Shown here one piece after another: positions 1 to 13,737 of a stretch of 64,000 nucleotides of DNA (the stretch's first letter is position 1; every line of letters begins with the position of its first letter). Both the position numbers and the translations under genes were made by a program. Origin of the DNA: Spironucleus salmonicida (Eukaryota); contig NC_090597.1 in assembly GCF_000497125.1 (NCBI RefSeq), positions 1,561,797 to 1,625,796 on the forward strand, written 5' to 3'. A model generated the notes under the pieces. It searched no databases, was not told the DNA's origin, and worked only from the letters and a program-made list of their open reading frames with translations.

Positions 1-487
1 CAGAGTTACGAAGATAGTGAAGACGGCGGCGCTGGTGCACGACATCGGCCACGGGCCATTCAGCCATTTGTTTGAACAGATCTTGCATAAAAACAACATC
101 AAACTAGACGGAAAGCAGATCTGCCACGAGAGCATCGGTTGTGATGTGTTCCGGAAAATGATGCAGCGTATCAAGATGGATGTGGGCATGGACGACCATG
201 ATATCGACTGTGTGTGCAGCTTGATTACGGGCCAGGAGGCCGACGACGAGACCTTCAAGAAGTACTTCTTCCTGAACCAGATCGTGTCCAACTCCGTCAA
301 CGGCTTGGATACTGACAAGATGGACTACCTGCTGCGGGACTCGAGGTCGGTTGGCTTGGGCCTCACCATCGACCCTATCCGCATTTTAAAAAACCAATCC
401 ATCTTCAAGTACCCCAAAGACAGCACTGGAAAGTACTACCTCTCGTCATCCCAAAAGACTAAGTTTGACATCATGCAGGTTTATCAT
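1..487 (+). repeat. GC-rich core identical (inverted) to 14608-15094
   Basis: Matches the reverse complement of 14608-15094. Identity stops abruptly after ...CAGGTTTATCAT and probably extends left of the window. Confidence 0.95.
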
Positions 488-1351
488 ACTAGGTATATTT
501 TAACAAAAATTATCTATTAAACATCTAAATCAATAGCATGGGATTTAATAATATTATACATATTTGAATAAGCGATTAAATTTAAATTAATTGATATTCC
601 AACATTATATAAACGTGATGTTTTACCAGATGATAGAATATTAGGATATATTTAATACTTACATTAATAAATGGATTGCCCTTATAAGTAATTATAAAAT
701 AAATTAGACGTATTAGATTATCATAATACACCTACAGTAGTGTTTGAGACTTCTATAACACATAATTGTGAGTTAACATAAAATATTTCCTCGGATATTA
801 GGGCTTAAAAGATTAAATAATTTATTTAAGATCAAACTGAATTATAAAGCAATTTGTTTGAAGTTGTTATATCAGATATAAAATATGGTGTAAAAAACTA
901 AAATCCATTAGATTTTTTACCTATTCATAACAAATAAACTGTATTTACTCCTACTAAATTTGCTGAATAATATGGAAGCAAATCGAAGCTATAATCTTAA
1001 TCAAATAGTACTAATGAAAATTCCCAATATCCTTAAACGCCTGTTAGACTTATGCCGCCAGTTTCCATAGATAATGCAGCTACCTAAGATATGTTAATGC
1101 CTAATATTTTTAAAGAAACTCTTTTGTACGTTTTCATTTATACTAATAATTTATTTTCGTAGAATCAGTTAAAGGAATCAATACAGAATTTTCTATTAAG
1201 CTAAAATTTAAATAATAATGAGAATAGTATTTAACTACTCACTGATAACTGTTTAGAATATAATGATATCGTACCTATTACCATATCCCCACTTCTTACT
1301 ACACATAATAATTTTCCTTTACCAGAAGACTGTAAATCTGATGATAAGTGA
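1..1351 (+). CDS. SAMHD1-like HD-domain dNTP triphosphohydrolase, copy A (5' end lies outside the window)
   Basis: Motifs ALVHDIGHGPFSHLFE, CHE and NGLDTDKMDYLLRD. With TAR=Gln the frame continues to TGA at 1349-1351 (AAG TGA). Confidence 0.9.
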
Positions 1352-1353
1352 GA

Positions 1354-3651
1354 TCACTTTTAATTCATTTTTTCACATTAGTTATAGATAGTTTATGCTA
1401 TTGCATCACTAGTTTAACCAAAATTACATCTTAATTTAACGGTGTCAATTCCTAAATGTACAATATCTACATAATTATTAAAACCAGCCTGTTTTAGTAT
1501 TTATGCCCGATTATTTCCTACTTATGGAATCTCTAATAATTCAGTAATATCATCTGAAATTTTTTCTTTAATTTAGTTAAGATATTTTTCAAATAACGAA
1601 TAAATTATTAATTTTCTTTGTTAAGCAAACATTTTAACTTGGAATAAAATGGTTGCAGGAGATTTTAGTTAAACATCATTAGAATTTGAAAAAGCTCGAG
1701 AAATATTTATTATTTACTGTAAAATGATATTCTTAATTGTTTTTTTATTATTGGATTATATTTATAATACTTCTAAAAGTATTTTATCTTATGATATTAT
1801 ATCATCCATATTAATTTAGTACTAAAATTCTACTTCTTATGATAAAAATGAAGAAAATGACTATTATGTCAACAAATGTAATAATGATGCTGGAGGAGAA
1901 TATGAGAATAGGAAAATAGAGACACTATCAAATGGATTAATACCATATTTCTTAATTTACTCAAAAAGCTGATCAAAATAATACGCCTAATAAGGGGATA
2001 AACTGGCTTCATTTGCTGCTTAACCTAATTAAGTCAGAGACAAATTTCCTTCTTATAATGCCAAGAATTTAATTTTTAACAAAAAATTAATATTTTCTAA
2101 ACAGTCAGCATTTTTAGTATCATTTTATATATGATATAGTGTTCGTTATAGACCAAAATTAAACTCCTTTTTGAACTGAAATGCATTGATCAAGATAGAA
2201 TTTATAGAATTATTTTTGTATTATTCTGTCAATAATAAACTTTTACATACAAATTCTTTTTTTACTTCTAGAATCTCGCTAAATACATTATCTGAAACAA
2301 TAAAAATAGCTGCATTTTACTTTCCTTCAAATCTTCCAGCTCTGCCAGTCATTTATTTAAATCTTACAGAATCAAGTTGCGACATACCAACTTTCAACTA
2401 ATTTATGAAAACTGACATAGCTGGAAGATTGACTCCAGCGGCCAATGTACTTGTAGCTATAATCGTATGTAGAATTCCATCAGAGTAAGAATTTTCTATT
2501 TTCATCCTATCTTACCCTGAAAGTGAAGCATTATGATAAGCTACACCTGCTAAAATTGATTATTGCTATTAATCTAGAGACTAATTAAGGATTTTTCTTG
2601 CTTCAGTTTTTTCTTCATTATTTAATACCTTGTCTTAAAAATTTTTAACCAGAAACGCTCCCAATTAATTCGCGAAATAAAGGCACTAATTACGAGTTGG
2701 AACAAACATAATAAGAGGTTTTGGAGCCATCACGCAAATTTTAAGCTAAATAGTTGCATTAAACGAATATTTGAAATAAAAATCTGAAATCTTTTAAAGA
2801 GTATCAAAGTCGTAAATTTGATTGTCATTAATAATAAATTTTTATAATTTTTATTCGGAATAATCAGTTAAAAATGTCTTACAATTCAACCATTATTCTA
2901 TATCAAGATGATTTGATAAAGTTGCTGACATAGTAATTAACTTTACATTGTGTTCTTATTAATATAGAAGAAAATAATTAATAAATGTCTCTAGAAGGAC
3001 TGATCTATCAGAATTTACTTCGCCTACAACTTGTAATTCATCTACTATTACTAGCCCTAAATTTTCTTATAGTCCTTGTTCATTGAATTTTTTCAGTATC
3101 TAATAAGCCTTTTCATTAGTGCAGATATAAATTGTAGGTTTTGTGGCTAGAAACTCTGGTAAATTACGCAGTCCACAAAGCCCTGATAATCCATAGTTTC
3201 CTGTTAAAAACTAAGAGAATTTATCTACCAATTCATTTACTATAGTTACATATGGGGCAGAAAATATGACACATTTTTTCTAGACTATCAATGTATATAA
3301 TGCAAAAATAACTGAAACATGTGTTTTACCAGATGCTGTGCCAGCAGATACAAGTAAATTATCTTTGCTTAGAAGGTTCTCTTGTAGAATCTATTTTTAC
3401 CATTGTCTTAACTTTTCTACACGTATATTTGGTGATAATGCATCAATCTATAACAATATATCTGATAATTCTAATTATTACTCGTCAATAAAAAAATCTT
3501 GGAAACTATACTATTCTAAAATATTTGGTAGATTAAGATAACCATAATCGGATTAAAATATACTAGACTGTTTTACATCTTCTGTCTCTGGTTCTATCTG
3601 GCTTAATAAATTCAATAAAATTTAATTATAATCATATTACATTCTGACCAT
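1354..3651 (-). CDS. Ski2-like SF2 DNA helicase (HELQ/Hel308/POLQ-helicase type), 765 aa
   Basis: Walker A LLVSAGTASGKT, IVDELQ, ATSTLAAGVNLPA, QMTGRAGR and a C-terminal HhH-like LLEIPQVG. ATG at 3651, TGA at 1354. Confidence 0.8.
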
Positions 3652-3685
3652 AGTATACGATAGTATTATATATAAATTAAGATTA

Positions 3686-5647
3686 TCATTTCCAACTATG
3701 CTAAATTATTTAATCAAATATACTGTTTTAAGAAACAATTCGCTCTCTGATCCATTTACTTAAAGAACTTATTTCATATTTGTACCTTTCATCCAATAAA
3801 ATAACATTTGCATAGTCACCTTTCCACCTTACAGCTCTGCCAATCGCTTGATTTACTAATCGCATAGCTTTAACATTGATGTTTCCTCTAGCTTTAACAA
3901 CTGGATCCCCAATATTAGCGAGTGGAATACCAACAATAACTAATAATCTACATAAATCATCTTTAAAATCTATTCCTTCAGATAAATTTCCACCTAGAAC
4001 ACCCATTAAAATAGAGTATTCCGTTGTTTTAAGCTCATCTATGCTATTTTTCGATTCAAAAAGGAAATTCTCACCATTACATACACTTTTAAATGTCTCC
4101 AGAACTCTTTTAGAAGGTAGAAAACAAACTGTTTATTATTTTTTATTAAATTTTTTTCTTAATTATTATAACATATTGCTTAATTTTACTAGATTATCAT
4201 ATGTTTAATTATTCAATGTAAACTTAACTTAATCGCAAAGTAAAACTTTTAAGGAATCTTTCTCAAGAACTGGATCACCTTCATATGTATTAAATTTTAT
4301 ATCAAATATATCTTCAAATGACTTAAATGGTTGCATTGTTCCACCTATTAAAATAATACTTTCCACATTACTAGCAACTTTAATTCTTGAATTTATAACA
4401 CAGACCCTCATCACTTCATTTATAACAAGAAGCATTTCTGAATAGTGATATTAAGAAATAATTGTAATAAATTTAATAATTTTGTAGAAAGTTGAATGAT
4501 TATGTGGAGAAATCCTATATATAAATCGTTACTACTGAAATAAATTTATCTGAGGTAAAATATTAATATCAAGTTTATTCTAAATAAAGAATTAATGTAA
4601 ATCATTATCTCTCAGTATCAACTCATTTTTAGTTCTTTTAATTACATTTTCTAGTTTTTTAGTGACTGCATATATTTAATTTATTAAGAAAATATGTTTA
4701 GCAACAATATAATCTCCTCTTCTCTCAATATATTACGAAATCTCATTATTAAATAATACTAAATCTTAAAGTTATATTTTAATATCTAAATTTTCATCTG
4801 CTAATGATAATAAATTGTGCGACTCGTCAGATATAATTATTTAGCTTTATCTTGTCAAAATAGACTGTTGCTTTTTTAACTCTTCAATTAAATTATTATG
4901 AGGCATAATCACTAAATCTGCCAAATAGGAAGCTTATTTTTAGGCATAATATGGGCACGCAGATTTTTTAATAGCATGTGATTTGGTTTCTATATAATCA
5001 TAATTATTTTTTAAGCAATCTATCATAAAGTTATGAATTTTTCCACTTTTTTTATATAAACAAGCTGTGTCTTTACAAAACTAATCTAGATCGAAAATAT
5101 CTTCAATATCACGCTGAGTATGAATACAGTATTAATTTCTACCCGCTAAAACAGATATTTTTAATTATTATAAATTAACATAATCATATTAAATCTATTG
5201 ACATTGCATATGCGTTCTTGAAGCGTAAATTATTGCCCCACTATTATTGGTATTACATAAAATCATAGACGAAATAATATCTGGAATTATTGAATGAAGT
5301 TCATCTAATGTTTTAATATCCTCAGATAAAGGAATAAAACCTTTAACATAATCATCTATAGCTTATGAATCTTTTTATGTCTATAGTTATTCATTTTCAT
5401 ATACAGTTTATTAAATCCATCCAGGTAATATTGGTTTAGGAATAACTGCACTTGGTCTTATTTAAAAATCACGTAGCTTTCTCAGATAATTATAAGTTGA
5501 AAATACTATCATTAATGATTTTCCAGTTCCTGTTGGGGACTCAATAAGAGCAGATTATTTCTATATATATTATTCTTCTAAATATTCCATTAGCTTGATC
5601 TAAATATCATACGGTTTATAAGGAAATTAGATATATTTGAGAGTCAT
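3686..5647 (-). CDS. XPD/Rad3-family Fe-S DNA helicase, CHL1/DDX11-like, 653 aa
   Basis: FPYKPYDIQ, ESPTGTGKSL, IISDESHN, GGTMQP, GGNLSEGIDFKDDLCR, NQAIGRAVR and ILLDERY. Confidence 0.85.
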
Positions 5648-5695
5648 TGTGTATACTAATATTTGAATATAATATATTAAATATATAAAATAATA

Positions 5696-6793
5696 ATGAT
5701 AAACTTTTATACACTACATATTTCAAAATTTAAGATCCGTTTTGAATCTATTTATCAGGAAATTAATGAAATTAATAATTAAGATAATATAGTGTTATTC
5801 TTTGATACAATATCAACATATGATCTTCCTTAATTAGTAAAAATTGATCCACATAAATTTAAATAATAATTTATGAACCTATTAGAATTATGCGACAATG
5901 AAGATAATGAAGACTATTTAATATTATTATAATAGTTTTCATGTTTAAATATTCTCCCTTTTTAAACATTTTTAGAAAGTATTAATATTCTTTCAACACT
6001 ATTTAAAAACTTACCTAAAACAGTCTTAATTATATCAAATTTAATAATATAACTTTAATTTTCATCAAATCATTTATAAAATATTTCAGAAAATTTATAA
6101 ATATAACTTGTAAATATATTGCTATAATAAGATAAATCATATTAACTTTTAGAAGATTATGGATTTATGGTTCTTCAAGCTATTAGACAAAATCCAAATT
6201 TTATAGAATTTATAGCATTAGTTTAAGATTTACTTTAATATGATAACGTAAATACACCATTCTCAGTATAAATATTATCTAATTTATATGAAATAAGTGT
6301 ATTTACACTTTTATAAGCTGCAGGTAAATTTAAGAACAGAATTATTTTTAAGATTTTATATGATCAATTATAGGAATATAAATAAACGCCTGAAATATTT
6401 TCTTAATTCTTGTAACTTTTCATCGAATCTTTTTCAGTAGAATATTCATAAATTCTTTCTGTACTTATTTAATCAATTACATACTATAGTCCATCTGAGT
6501 AATCATATTTTTCCTCTAGAATTGACATACTTGATGAATAAATATTAATTTTTGCTTTATCTTAATAAATTTTTTAGTAAGATATTCTGTAATTTTTATT
6601 TAAACTTGCAGTTTATAATATTAGATCACCATTAATATAGAGATTAAGAGGGCAAAACCTGACTTTATAGCTTTCAAAAATGGCGAAAAATGGTACCAGC
6701 TTAATTTTATAGTAATTATTTTTTGAACTTGATACTATTGATTTTTTTGATGAAATGTAACGAGAATTACTTCTTATTTATTTAGCATAGTGA
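5696..6793 (+). CDS. Hypothetical helical protein, 365 aa
   Basis: ATG after an AT-rich intergenic stretch, in frame with TAG TGA (AGTGA) at 6788-6793. Confidence 0.65.
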
Positions 6794-6828
6794 TTATTGT
6801 ATTCAATTATGTAATAAAAATAAGTATA

Positions 6829-7362
6829 TCATTTAAGATTAGACAAAGCTTGTAACAATTCATTTATATTCCAAGTATCAATGCTAATCTAACAGCTCAA
6901 AAATACTAATTCTGAAAGTTCTTCTATATACTCAATGCCCTATAATTTTGCTGCCTCTTCACAAATAAGTTTATAAAAAGTATCTGTTTTTTGACAGCAT
7001 ACGTAAACTAAGGTGCTATTATTAGCAACTGTTGCTATATGTTTGGCCTACTCCAAAGACTACAAATTTATAGGAATTATTGCAATATCAATCTACTCTG
7101 GAAGTTTATCACGAGAATCCGATGGAAAATCTATCAAAGTAAATTCTTTATCTGAAAAATTGAGTTTACCTGTATAGGAAGATGGGGCTGCTGATTTAAC
7201 AGTATGAGGAAGTTGACCTGAAATTAAAAAGTGAAAAAGTCTTGTTTTACATGTTTAGCCTAAACCTGTGATCACTATAGTTTTAGTATTATTAACTTTT
7301 TTTCTCAATAACAATAATAATGGTAACAACAACATCAGAGGTAAAATATACATACACTACAT
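6829..7362 (-). CDS. Signal recognition particle receptor beta-like small GTPase with N-terminal TM anchor
   Basis: Hydrophobic ILPLMLLLPLLLLLRKK, then IVITGLGQTCKTRLF (degenerate P-loop), TVKS and LIDFPSD. Confidence 0.65.
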
Positions 7363-7428
7363 TTTTTTAGAGAGGAACTAACCTCAAAAGTAATCTTTTT
7401 ATTAATATATTATAGATTAATATTAAAA

Positions 7429-8229
7429 ATGACTCCAATTATTCTGATGATTTTTCTCTGGTTTTTTGTATTCTTCACTTCAAAAACTTATTTCTCTAAG
7501 TAAATTATTAGTAACAATTACTGCCTGATTACTGGGGCCACAGGTAATGTAGGGTTAGCTTTATCAAAATAATTGCATCTAAAAGGTGCAAAACTTATTT
7601 GTACTGGTAGAGACGAATCGAAGTTATTATTTTTGAAATAGGCATATAAAGCCATAACAATATAATTTGACATTAATGATGTGGAAAATTTTCCTAGTGC
7701 ATTTGAATAAGCTTTAAATGAGTATAAAGTTAATTAATGCGAAGTCAAGCACGTATTTTTAAATCATGGTTATGGATATTTTGGTTAGTTTGTCAAATAA
7801 AATAATATTTAAAGATACTTATAAGTAAATCAGTATTCATTTATTGTATTAGCGCATTATTTATTATAATCGTTTTCCCTAAATTCCATCACTATTACAT
7901 CATCATGTATAGCATACATTCCTAGCTAAAATTACACGCTTTACCATATTTCAAAAAGAGCTATCTCTTCGTTTGTTAAATCTCTTAGAAAAGAAATGAA
8001 GAATGTCAATATATCTGCAGTACATCCTGGAACTATTAATGGTCCATTTTTCGATCATTCTGGAATGGAAAATTCTCAATAAGGAATTAGAAAGTTAGGA
8101 TAGTATAAATTTTTCAGTTCAAGTCCGGAATATGTTGCGAAATAACTTATTTATAGTGCTGAAACAGGCAAAGATTTAAATCCATCCCTTATTTCAAAAT
8201 TGTTAAAGTATGCTCAATTTTTATAGTGA
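7429..8229 (+). CDS. Short-chain dehydrogenase/reductase with N-terminal signal anchor, 266 aa
   Basis: LITGATGNVG (TGxxxxxG), LNHGYG, catalytic YHISK (YxxxK) and VHPG. Confidence 0.85.
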
Positions 8230-8240
8230 AAAATTTAATC

Positions 8241-8771
8241 TCATCTTATTGATTTACCAAAATGTTCTTTAAAGAATTCTCCCCTTTACTTATCCGCCTC
8301 AACTTCCTGCAATTTATCATGTTGCTGATTTATTTTTTTTTGTTAAATTTAACTTAATTAAACAGCTCTTAAATATTCTTAATATTCCTTCATTGCAGCA
8401 TCTTTCTCTTTGTCCATAATTTATTCATATTTTTCCCTTTCTATCATCTCCTATTCAAGTCTCATTTCTATAAGTTTTTCTTGAACAATTTTTTCCTGAT
8501 AAATTCTTTAATTTTACTACAACTCATTATGGTATTAAGCCATAATTTGTTATTTCTCTTCAGCAGTACCATGGAGCTTTTTAAGCTACAATTTTTCAAA
8601 CTCTGCAAAATTTTCACGTTTTTTTTCGTCTTTTTCTTATGAATTTCTGAATTCTACAGGACCATTTTCTGCTACTGATTTACCATAAGATTATAGTATT
8701 GGACGCTAAGTAATTTTCTATAAGCGTTGATTATTGTAAGCTGTGCGAGATACTGTAAAATTAGGCTTCAT
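8241..8771 (-). CDS. Hypothetical charged coiled-coil protein, 176 aa
   Basis: ATG at 8771 in frame with TGA at 8241; E/K/Q-rich. Confidence 0.7.
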
Positions 8772-8861
8772 GATTTTTGGATTAATTAGTATTTAGTAAT
8801 ATTAATACATAATTCTATTTATTATAAAATATACTTAAAAATAATATTTAAATAAATAATC

Positions 8862-11300
8862 TCATTTTTCGTCAACTTTGACTGCAAGACCATCAACGTT
8901 ATTTATAATCTAATCAACAAACTCAAAAGTTTTATCTTTAACATCGCCGAGTACAGCAAAAATCAAAGGGAATTGAAATTATTAATAAAACTATGCATTT
9001 GGTCTAAAACTATCACCTGCAACAAGCCAGTATGTAAGCGGTGTAAAAATTTAGTATATTTTCGCTTATTTCTCTATTTAGCTATCAAACTCTGTGTTGT
9101 TGTTTTAAAAATAGAATAAGCAGCAACTAGAAAGCTCAAGTAGTTTGTCTAAGCATGCTAGTTGAAATTATCCATTATGTGGTAAAAATGCTACACTTTT
9201 GATATTTTTTATTTTGGTAGAAAAGAAATTACCATAACTATTAAAATATTGATCTACATCTCCAAATAATGAATAATATTATGATAGATACGTGTTGAAT
9301 GGTGATGAAAATAATTCTTATGTAAAACCTTATATATTTAATTATTTATAAAGAAGAGGTGGAATTGAAACTTAAAATGAGGAACCTTCATTAATTTTTG
9401 GCTTTTATTCTTTAGAATAAACAAACTAGGAACCATTAAAACTAGAATATCTCCGAAATAAAATAAAAAGTCGTAATTTAAAATGATCAAACGAAGGATC
9501 AAAGTTACTAACCTGATAAAGCTAAACAAGTTTTAAAAAATAATTTTTAGAAATTATAAACTTTTAATCAAACTTGTTTAATTAGGTAAAAATCTTAAGT
9601 GAATTTGCATAATCAGGTCTATTATGATCTGGATTTATAGATATTATATAATGCTTAGCCTAGTTATTTATAAACTAGTTAATATTGAAATGTTCAAAAG
9701 TGCATGGTTGATTTTAATCATTTACTAGATTAATAACAAATGATTCGTCCAAACAGCTATTAACATTATCTGTATTCATTTCGTTAATATCTTTATAAAT
9801 CTCTTCGATAATTTCAAAGATAACTGTTGCAAATCTCTATCTAGCAAAATTTAAATTTAAATTTTTAGCCTCAGTCAACTTTTTAACTCTAAAATGATCA
9901 GGAATTAAGTCAGTACGATATTTTTTGATTTATTGCTTAAATGTTGAGTAAATATTTTGAATGTTTTAAGGCTATGATTATATTGAAACGTCTTCTAATG
10001 CAAGAAATTCTCTAGATCTGTTCTATAATGCCAATAACTCATCATTTAACTTTTTTTTATCAATATTTTCATAATTAGACCTAAGTTTAATAGGTATAGA
10101 AGAGATCAACTCTTAAAAAATAGCATTATTCTCAGGCTATAATTTATTAATTACAAGAAAATTTTTATCGCTACTAAACTAATTTATCTGGTATAAGAAC
10201 TACACAAATGTATCTTTTGGTAGATCAATATGTAATTTTTATCTCACTAACATGTTTAGCTTTTCTCTTATGTTATTAATTTATATTGCAAACAAAAGTT
10301 CTTATATCAAAGGTTATTCGTTATCTATTTTAATCAGTTCTATTTCACTTTTGGCTAATGATCCACTAATATTAGCATTTAGAATTGGTATATAGCGTTA
10401 CTATCTAGGATTCATTATGAGAAGTGAAAAAATATAATCTATAATATAAATATATCAGTTAAAGTCTTCAAAGAACACATTTTTGCAATCCGTCATTATT
10501 TTTAACTTTAATCCCATTGGAGTAAATATTGCTACTACTCCATATAATTATTTTTCGGATTTAAAGATATAAGGTCCGTGAATGACTAGCCGATCTAACA
10601 AATAATTTATAATACAGAATTCAGTATTATTTAATACTACTAAAAAATTATTCTAAATATAATACCTCGATACATTAATCGGTACGAATTAAGTTAGTTC
10701 GATTTCTTTATTTGTGAAATAAAAATACTATTTTTCTTATAATACTTTAAAACCATGAAAATTTTGACTGAAAATGATCTAATCTTAAGTTTATATCTCA
10801 GATTATATATAATTTTCACCAACTTTCATTAATTTTGACTAAAATATGATATTCCTTCTCTTATAAGTTACTATTTATTCAATATCATCAAACTAAAATA
10901 TTGTCACAAAAGTTGATATTACAAATTGGTGATTATTAGTAGAGATACTTAATAATCCGCTTTAAGTTAAAAATAAATATACATCTTTAGTGATAGAATG
11001 AACTTATACCAATTTACCTTTTACAAATTTATTATTTTCATCTGCTTATTTGGTTTCTAGAGTTTTAACTGGTTTATCCATGCTAAGATGCTAATTATTT
11101 CCTAACCTATCTCGTTCTTTATATTATCTTTTATTTTACCCTATATTTTCAGGTAGCATACGTCTCCCACTACTATACTCATGTCGGTTCAATGAATATC
11201 TTTCATTATAATGAAAATTATCTACATTTCTGTTACTACCATAAGCCCTGCTTTATTTCACTACAGGTAAATCTTTAATTGACACTTGGCCTTTCTCCAT
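8862..11300 (-). CDS. Hypothetical protein, about 812 aa
   Basis: MEKGQVSIKDLP...NVDGLAVKVDEK*. Start and stop are in frame; no recognised domain. Confidence 0.65.
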
Positions 11301-11478
11301 TATCAAATTTAAATTAACCAGAATTATATGATAATTAAATCTAATTAGTTCAGAATTCTCATCCCTTTATTATCAAGAATTATTTTACTCCTACATAAAC
11401 TATTATTATATGAAAATTTATACCATAATTTCACTCAACTTATCCGTGGTCCTGAAACGCTCTCACTCTACTCCACTC

Positions 11479-12774
11479 TCATAAAAATACATCAACCCCA
11501 ATAGCCTAGATTCTACTCTCGTAAACACGTTACCCTTCTAAAATGCAACCGCCCTCCTTCTGTACTACTTGCAAAACCATATCTCCGCAAATCGTCAGCA
11601 TCTACATGTTGAATTTTACTGCGACTTTTTGGATATCAGAAACACCTTTAGCAGTTACTGCAAAACTAAAGCAGAGCTTCCCGATTTGGGCTCGAAATTT
11701 TGTCGATTTGACTTGCTAAAAATAACTGAATGGAATGCCAATTTGAGAGGTAAATTTGGAAGAGCTGACGTTAATTTACGTAGATTTTGTCAAAATTGTG
11801 AAAAAAGGTTGGTCAAGCTGAGAAATGAGAAATGTGTCATCTGTAATTTCGAAAAAGTTGTCAAACCCGGATAAATACGAAGGAAAAACTATTTAACACT
11901 TATTCGATATAATAGTTGGTGTTTCATTTTGTTCTTGCTACAAAATGATTTTGTCAATTTGGACGCAGTTCTTGGTTTAGTAGCTGTAAAGTATTCTGAT
12001 TTTATTGTCTATCTCCTCTAAGGCAATTGCTGATATGTATCCTTCAATTTTTATCTAGTGCATAATTTTAAATTCTTCTATATTGTATAAAATCAGCTCG
12101 TTTTCGCCAAATATTTACTTACCGTTTTCATCGAACTTAATACTATTTTACCCTATTAACAGAAAGTTTCGTGTTATTTTTACACATTAAATAACGTTTT
12201 TATGTTCAATTAACTGCTTACACTCAGTGATAAAATTAACAATTTAGTCACGATTCTTACGCTAGTTTGTTACTGAAAAATCAAACAGATAAAGACCATT
12301 CAGAGTAGAAAATACTAGTCTAGAATCATAAAAATCAGATGCAAATATAAAATTGAAAGGGAAAAATGATTTTAAATTGTACTCCTCAATAAGTTTGAAT
12401 GAATTCTAATGATCAAATACTTGAAGTTTCTGCTATGAAAATGATATTAATAATGGTGAATCAGAGTCGCTGTTAGCTAATAACCATTAAGGTTTTATTA
12501 GAGTTCTCTCAGGTTCCTCTACTTTTTCTCGCTTTGGAAAAAAAGGCTTAGGAGATAGCTTTAACTTTGTTTCTTAGCTTTTAGATCTTATAAATGGTTT
12601 ACGGCCTTCATCAATCGATTTAGGCGGAAATTTCTGAGTATGTAATTTATTATCAGTCTAATCTTTCTACTTAAAGTCATTAGTTCGTGGTCTATTTATT
12701 CTTTATAATCGTGGCTCTCTAGCCTAATCTTTAAGTCCTCTAGTAAAAATCTCTGGTTGCGCTGCGGAATCCAT
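11479..12774 (-). CDS. Hypothetical protein, 431 aa
   Basis: MDSAAQPEIFTRGLK...ESRIQAIGVDVFL*; no in-frame TGA in the lines checked. Confidence 0.7.
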
Positions 12775-12825
12775 ATTTTTAAAAAGTTATTATATATTAA
12801 AAGTTATATAATGATAATAATTTCA

Positions 12826-13707
12826 TCATTATGTTAAATAAGATTTTAATAATTAAATTTCCTATGGCCAATTTTCTGGCTTTGTTGTCTCTAAGCAATA
12901 CACTGAATTGATTCTCTAAGAAAACAAATTCTTAAATTCATTCTTTTAATGCTTTCCTTATTGTAGCGGAGCGTGTCGATCGACCTTAGAATTGTACTCA
13001 GTCAGCGAGTCATTTATGTGGAACCCTTTCAAGTACGATCTACCTATAAGTCTGTCAAAATTTTGAATCAGCTCAACTGAGAAATTGTCTTTGTTTGCAT
13101 ATCCTCCCGCAAATGTGTGCTAGGTATCTATGCAGACACCGATCCTATTTTGATCGCTGATATGATCTATTATGTTCTTAATCTGCTCAAAACTGCTCCC
13201 TACACAGCTTCTAACTTTGTTCCCAGCCATGGTCTCTAACACAACTATGACATCCGGAACTATTTTATGCGCCTCGTTGATCAGATCCCACACGCACTCA
13301 ATATTGCTCCCCGTTCCAGGATGGATATTGAGCAGATCCAATCCCATGGACCTTACCACGAACATTTCGAATACAAGACGTCGAAAAGATGCTTCTCTGA
13401 CTCTCTCTTATTCAGATGCTAGATTTAATAAATACGGTCCGTGAGGTAAGAATTAATTTCGATAAAATTTAAGTTACAACGCTTAATCATAGAATAACTA
13501 ATATTTATCTGATTAGATTTTTACATTCCAAGATTACGGCGTTGTAGTGAAAAATGCTGCGCTTTCAGCTTTTAGATCCCTCATTTCTTTAAAAAGATTT
13601 GATAACGATAAATGAGCACCAATATATATTCCCTCCTTGAAATCTAATAGATCAGAATATTTTGCAATATCATACGCTGTAATAAACTATACATCTTATT
13701 CAGACAT
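12826..13707 (-). CDS. Endonuclease IV (Nfo/Apn1-type AP endonuclease), copy A, 293 aa
   Basis: YIGAHLS, LPHGPYLLNLAS, NIHPG, LETMAG, RIGVCIDTQHTFAGGY, FHINDS, VDRHA and LET: the EndoIV metal-ligand motifs. Confidence 0.92.
12974..13395 (-). repeat. 422-bp core, inverted near-identical copy of 42531-42952
   Basis: Base-by-base comparison gives 421/422 identity; the single difference is at 13212/42714 (Arg vs Gly). Confidence 0.95.
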
Positions 13708-13737
13708 TAAGTAAAGTAATATATTATACAAATTAAA

